Source of the DNA: Candidatus Nomurabacteria bacterium
Lineage (GTDB): Bacteria; Patescibacteriota; Minisyncoccia; Phycocordibacterales; UBA9973
Length of the DNA: 64,000 nucleotides
Direction of reading: 5' to 3'
Assembly (NCBI GenBank): GCA_031425235.1
Contig: JANPIZ010000006.1
Coordinates: 30,803 to 94,802, forward strand
Each line of letters starts with the position of its first letter. Positions within the stretch are counted from its first letter, which is position 1. Below are positions 61,301 to 64,000 of the stretch, in pieces. The notes beneath the pieces are model-generated. The model saw only the letters and a program-made list of their open reading frames with translations, made no database searches and was not told the DNA's origin. The position numbers and the translations under genes are program-made.

Positions 61301-61513
61301 CTTGAAGGCTACGGTGCATCTTACACGCTCCGAGAAATGCTCACAATCAAATCTGACGATATTGCTGGTCGAAGTGCGACATTTGATTCTATTATCAAGA
61401 ATGAGACAATCAGACCACCAAACTCTCCAGCTTCATTTAATGTCTTGTTAAATTATTTACGAGGACTTGCGCTCGATGTGAACTTAATGAAAGGCAAGAA
61501 TAAACCAGAATAA
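58325..61513 (+). CDS. rpoB: RNA polymerase beta subunit
   Basis: GTFIINGVERV, TPEGPNIG, GSNMQKQA, GDKLSGRHGNKG, GGQRFGEME. Confidence 0.98.
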   Translation: MQTQSNKFSVPKKYFSRYKKPLVKFPDLIEAQLKSFKWLVETGIGEVFKEFSPINDYSGKKFQLDFTSFSLEESKYDESHAKINKLSYNGSLKAKVKLTNKILGTVKEQEIFMSELPLMTSHGTFIINGVERVIVPQLARSFGVFFTGSESKGNKYFGAKIIPARGVWIEIESESDGAIYVRIDKKRKFPVTTLLRVLGYDTNEAIMAAFGSDETLAEAMKACLAKDTAKSLSDAYIEIYKRLRDGDMATADNAKEFINSLFTKERYDLSPVGRFRFNQRFDKAMDVKEMERRTISKEDLVTVVTHIVTLNNTPGAHSDDIDHLGQRRVRFVGEILQQKVRTGMMQIKRNIQDRMSIIDVDTAMPIAIINQRPLQARIKEFFTTNQLSQFMNQENVLAELEHIRQLSALGPGGLTRERAGLEVRDVHPSHYGRVCPIHTPEGPNIGLVLHLSTYAKINEFGIIETPYIKVKAGKITGEVQYLNALEEEKYNIAHAGIPYDENGKITEERVEARLKTEPGTISRMEVDFIDVAANQAFSIGTSLIPFLEHNDANRALMGSNMQKQAVPCVLPEAPLVATGVEELASRDSGRLILSEEEGVVSYVDAKKVTVDGKSGNKKTYELVNFMRNNNFSVFHQRPAVNMGEKVKKGDVLADTSSTVGGQISIGQNIFVAFLSWSGSNYEDAIIVSERLVKESKFTSIYLEEFTCVVRDTKLGPEITTRDIPNIGELKLKDLDEDGVVRIGAEVRENDILVGKITPKGETELTPEERLLRSIFAEKARDVKDTSLRMEHGKRGRIIGVKIFSRDMGHTLEAGIIKKIVIEVAQVRNISIGDKLSGRHGNKGVISIVLPEEDMPYTADGKPIDIILSPLGVPSRMNLGQILEMHLGLAAHTLGYQAITPPFLGARQEEVSEELKKAGLPENGRLELFDGRTGEAFKQKVAVGYMYMLKLHHMVEDKIHMRSIGPYSLITQQPLGGKAQGGGQRFGEMEVWALEGYGASYTLREMLTIKSDDIAGRSATFDSIIKNETIRPPNSPASFNVLLNYLRGLALDVNLMKGKNKPE

Positions 61514-61548
61514 GTTCAACATGCATAATTAATTAACATACAAAACAT

Positions 61549-64000
61549 ATGAAAACATTAAACACAACTGAATTTGATCAAATAGCTCTCCGGCTTGCGT
61601 CGCCAGAACAGATCCAAGAATGGTCTTTTGGTGAAGTGACCAAACCAGAAACGATAAATTATCGAACAGGCCGCTCCGAGAGGGGTGGGCTTTTCGATGA
61701 GAAAATTTTCGGCCCAGAGAAAGATTATGAATGTTACTGTGGTAAATACCGTCGTATTCGATATAAAGACATTATCTGTGAAAAATGCGGCGTGGAAGTA
61801 ACTCGCTCTATCGTTCGACGTGAACGTATGGGTCACATCGAACTTGCCACACCAGTGTCACACATTTGGTTCCTTCGTGGTGTACCTTCTCGCATGAGTA
61901 TTCTTCTTAATATTTCTGTTTCTGACCTGGAAAAGGTTATTTACTTTGCTGGATACATTATTATAAAAGTTCATGAAGAAGAAAAAAAATCAATTATTGA
62001 AAATCTTGAAAAAGAGTACAAATCTAAGCTCAAAAACTCGAGTGACGATGAAACAAAAGAAAAGTTAAAAAATTTGCTTTCAATAACAAAGAAAGAAATT
62101 ACTGAAATTTACGAAGGTAAGGTATTGAACGAAATTTCTTTTCATCACTACTCTCTTAAATACGGTACTTGTTTTGAAGCAAATATCGGGGCTGAAGCTA
62201 TCTACTCTATTTTCAAGAATTTAGATTTAAATAAATTAAAGGCTCACACTGAAACCATGCTTGAAAAGGCGAGTGCAGTGGAAAGAGAAAAATTACAAAA
62301 AAGACTTTCTTTAATTCGCGCGATGCTGTATGCGGACATTCGCCCTGAATGGATGTTCCTTACTGTTATTCCTGTGATTCCACCAGTGCTTAGGCCTATG
62401 GTTGCACTCGACGGAGGACGACACGCGACTTCTGACTTAAACGACTTGTATCGCCGAGTGATCAATCGAAATAATCGTTTAAAAAAGCTAAAGGAGATAA
62501 ACGCTCCAGATGTTATTTTACGTAACGAAAAAAGAATCATCCAAGAAGCCGTAGACGCTCTTATTGATAACTCTATCGCCAAACAAAATGATTCGACTGC
62601 GATGAGTCAATCACAGCGCCGACCCCTTAAATCACTCTCAGACAATTTGAAATCAAAACAAGGTTTGTTCCGTCAAAACTTACTTGGAAAGCGTGTCGAT
62701 TATTCGGGGCGTTCTGTTATTGTGGTTGGTCCTGAACTCAAGCTCAATCAATGCGGACTTCCAAAACACATGGCTCTTGAACTTTTCCGACCATTCGTTA
62801 TTTCAAAAATATTAGAAGCAGAACTTGCCTTTAATATCCGCGGAGCAAACAAGCTTATTGAAGAACGCGAAGCGGTCGTGTGGGCAATTCTCGAAGAAAT
62901 TATTCAAGGGAAATATGTGTTACTCAACCGTGCACCAACACTTCACCGTCTTGGTATCCAAGCTTTCAACCCTATTCTTATTGAAGGAAATGCTATTCAA
63001 GTGCATCCGCTCGTGTGTGAAGCTTTCAATGCTGACTTCGACGGAGACCAGATGGCAGTATATGTACCGCTTCTAGACGAAGCTCAGGCTGAAGCAAAAA
63101 ACTTGATGGCTGCAAACAAAAACTTACTTAAGCCACAAAGTGGAGATCCTATCGTACACCCAAGTAAAGATATCGTACTTGGAAGTTACTGGATGACAAA
63201 AAATATGACAGGGGAAGAAGGAGAAGGAAAATATTTTTCAAATCCAAACACTGCCATTCTCGCGTTTGAATACGGCGCTGTGTCGTTCCGTGCAAAAATA
63301 AAGGTTCTCTCGACAGATCGACCAAAATATAAAAAATTTGAGGGAGGACTTTTTGAAACATCGGTTGGGAAGCTTCTTTTCAACAGTATTTTGCCGAGTG
63401 ACTTCCCATACGTAAACGATGAAATGACCCAAGGCCGACTTTCTGCTTTGCTTGACGAACTTATTATGCGATATGGAGTTGATAATACTCCACCTATACT
63501 CGACAAGATAAAAGCCTTCGGATTTAAATACTCGACTGTGTCTGGTACTACCTGGGGACTTGATAACGTAAGTGTACCTTCTGAGAAAGCAGGAATTATT
63601 AAAAATAGCAGAAAATTAGAAGAAGAAATTTTATCGCAATGGAACGACGGATTACTCTCTGGAGAAGAGAAGTATCAGAAAATCATGGAAGTATGGACAG
63701 CAGCTAAAAAAGAACTTGAAAAAGTATTACCAGGCACTCTCGACATTAATGGTTCTACATACGACCTCTTTACTTCAAAAGCTCGAGGTACTATGACATC
63801 ACTTGCCCAAATGGCTGGAATGAAAGGTCTTATTCAAAATAACCAGGGTAAAATTCTTGAATTTCCGATCATTTCTTCGTATCAAGAAGGTCTGTCTCCG
63901 CTTGAATACTTCATCACGACTCACGGAGCTCGAAAAGGTGCATCCGATACTGCACTTAACACTGCGAAAGCAGGATACCTTACACGAAGACTCGTAGACG
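61549..64000 (+). CDS. rpoC: RNA polymerase beta' subunit (partial; runs off the window)
   Basis: MKTLNTTEFDQI..LASPE..WSFGEVTKPETINYRT, GKRVDYSGR, NADFDGD. Confidence 0.97.
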   Translation, partial: MKTLNTTEFDQIALRLASPEQIQEWSFGEVTKPETINYRTGRSERGGLFDEKIFGPEKDYECYCGKYRRIRYKDIICEKCGVEVTRSIVRRERMGHIELATPVSHIWFLRGVPSRMSILLNISVSDLEKVIYFAGYIIIKVHEEEKKSIIENLEKEYKSKLKNSSDDETKEKLKNLLSITKKEITEIYEGKVLNEISFHHYSLKYGTCFEANIGAEAIYSIFKNLDLNKLKAHTETMLEKASAVEREKLQKRLSLIRAMLYADIRPEWMFLTVIPVIPPVLRPMVALDGGRHATSDLNDLYRRVINRNNRLKKLKEINAPDVILRNEKRIIQEAVDALIDNSIAKQNDSTAMSQSQRRPLKSLSDNLKSKQGLFRQNLLGKRVDYSGRSVIVVGPELKLNQCGLPKHMALELFRPFVISKILEAELAFNIRGANKLIEEREAVVWAILEEIIQGKYVLLNRAPTLHRLGIQAFNPILIEGNAIQVHPLVCEAFNADFDGDQMAVYVPLLDEAQAEAKNLMAANKNLLKPQSGDPIVHPSKDIVLGSYWMTKNMTGEEGEGKYFSNPNTAILAFEYGAVSFRAKIKVLSTDRPKYKKFEGGLFETSVGKLLFNSILPSDFPYVNDEMTQGRLSALLDELIMRYGVDNTPPILDKIKAFGFKYSTVSGTTWGLDNVSVPSEKAGIIKNSRKLEEEILSQWNDGLLSGEEKYQKIMEVWTAAKKELEKVLPGTLDINGSTYDLFTSKARGTMTSLAQMAGMKGLIQNNQGKILEFPIISSYQEGLSPLEYFITTHGARKGASDTALNTAKAGYLTRRLVD

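Overview
AT-rich bacterial chromosome segment (standard code 11). Its gene content and style suggest Patescibacteria/CPR, probably Parcubacteria (inference from the PilQ-less type IV pilus locus, shortened PheS/PheT/SMC, NusB-NUDIX fusion and leaderless-looking core genes). Contents in order: a comF/type IV pilus cluster (2.5-16.2 kb); ligA; an ~8.7 kb integrative island in tRNA-Ser(GGA) (large serine recombinase, Xis-like HTH, Rep-like gene, type III R-M, extra nuclease); housekeeping genes (truB, terC, UvrD-nuclease, trhO, pheST, gyrB, thrS, rpmF, nusB, rnc, smc, maf, rnr, rpsP, khpA, trmD, rpoB, rpoC); three orphan ECF-like sigma factors; and clusters of tiny ORFs. Main discovery candidate: a family of short GC-rich palindromic elements, most with CC(C/T)G...C(G/A)GG ends. 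They sit in-frame inside essential proteins (five near-identical 39-nt copies encoding PARN(A/V)SSIA(S/G)AGG in TrhO, PheT x3 and GyrB, plus 30-nt and 90-nt hairpins in PheT) and in promoters. A small GIY-YIG nuclease gene bracketed by perfect 13-bp inverted repeats is inserted at the start of trmD and is a plausible autonomous mobiliser. Second highlight: the island att site lies inside the integrase gene, so integration swaps the integrase C-terminus and changes the encoded tRNA CCA end to CCC. All family assignments come from motif recognition by eye, without database searches.
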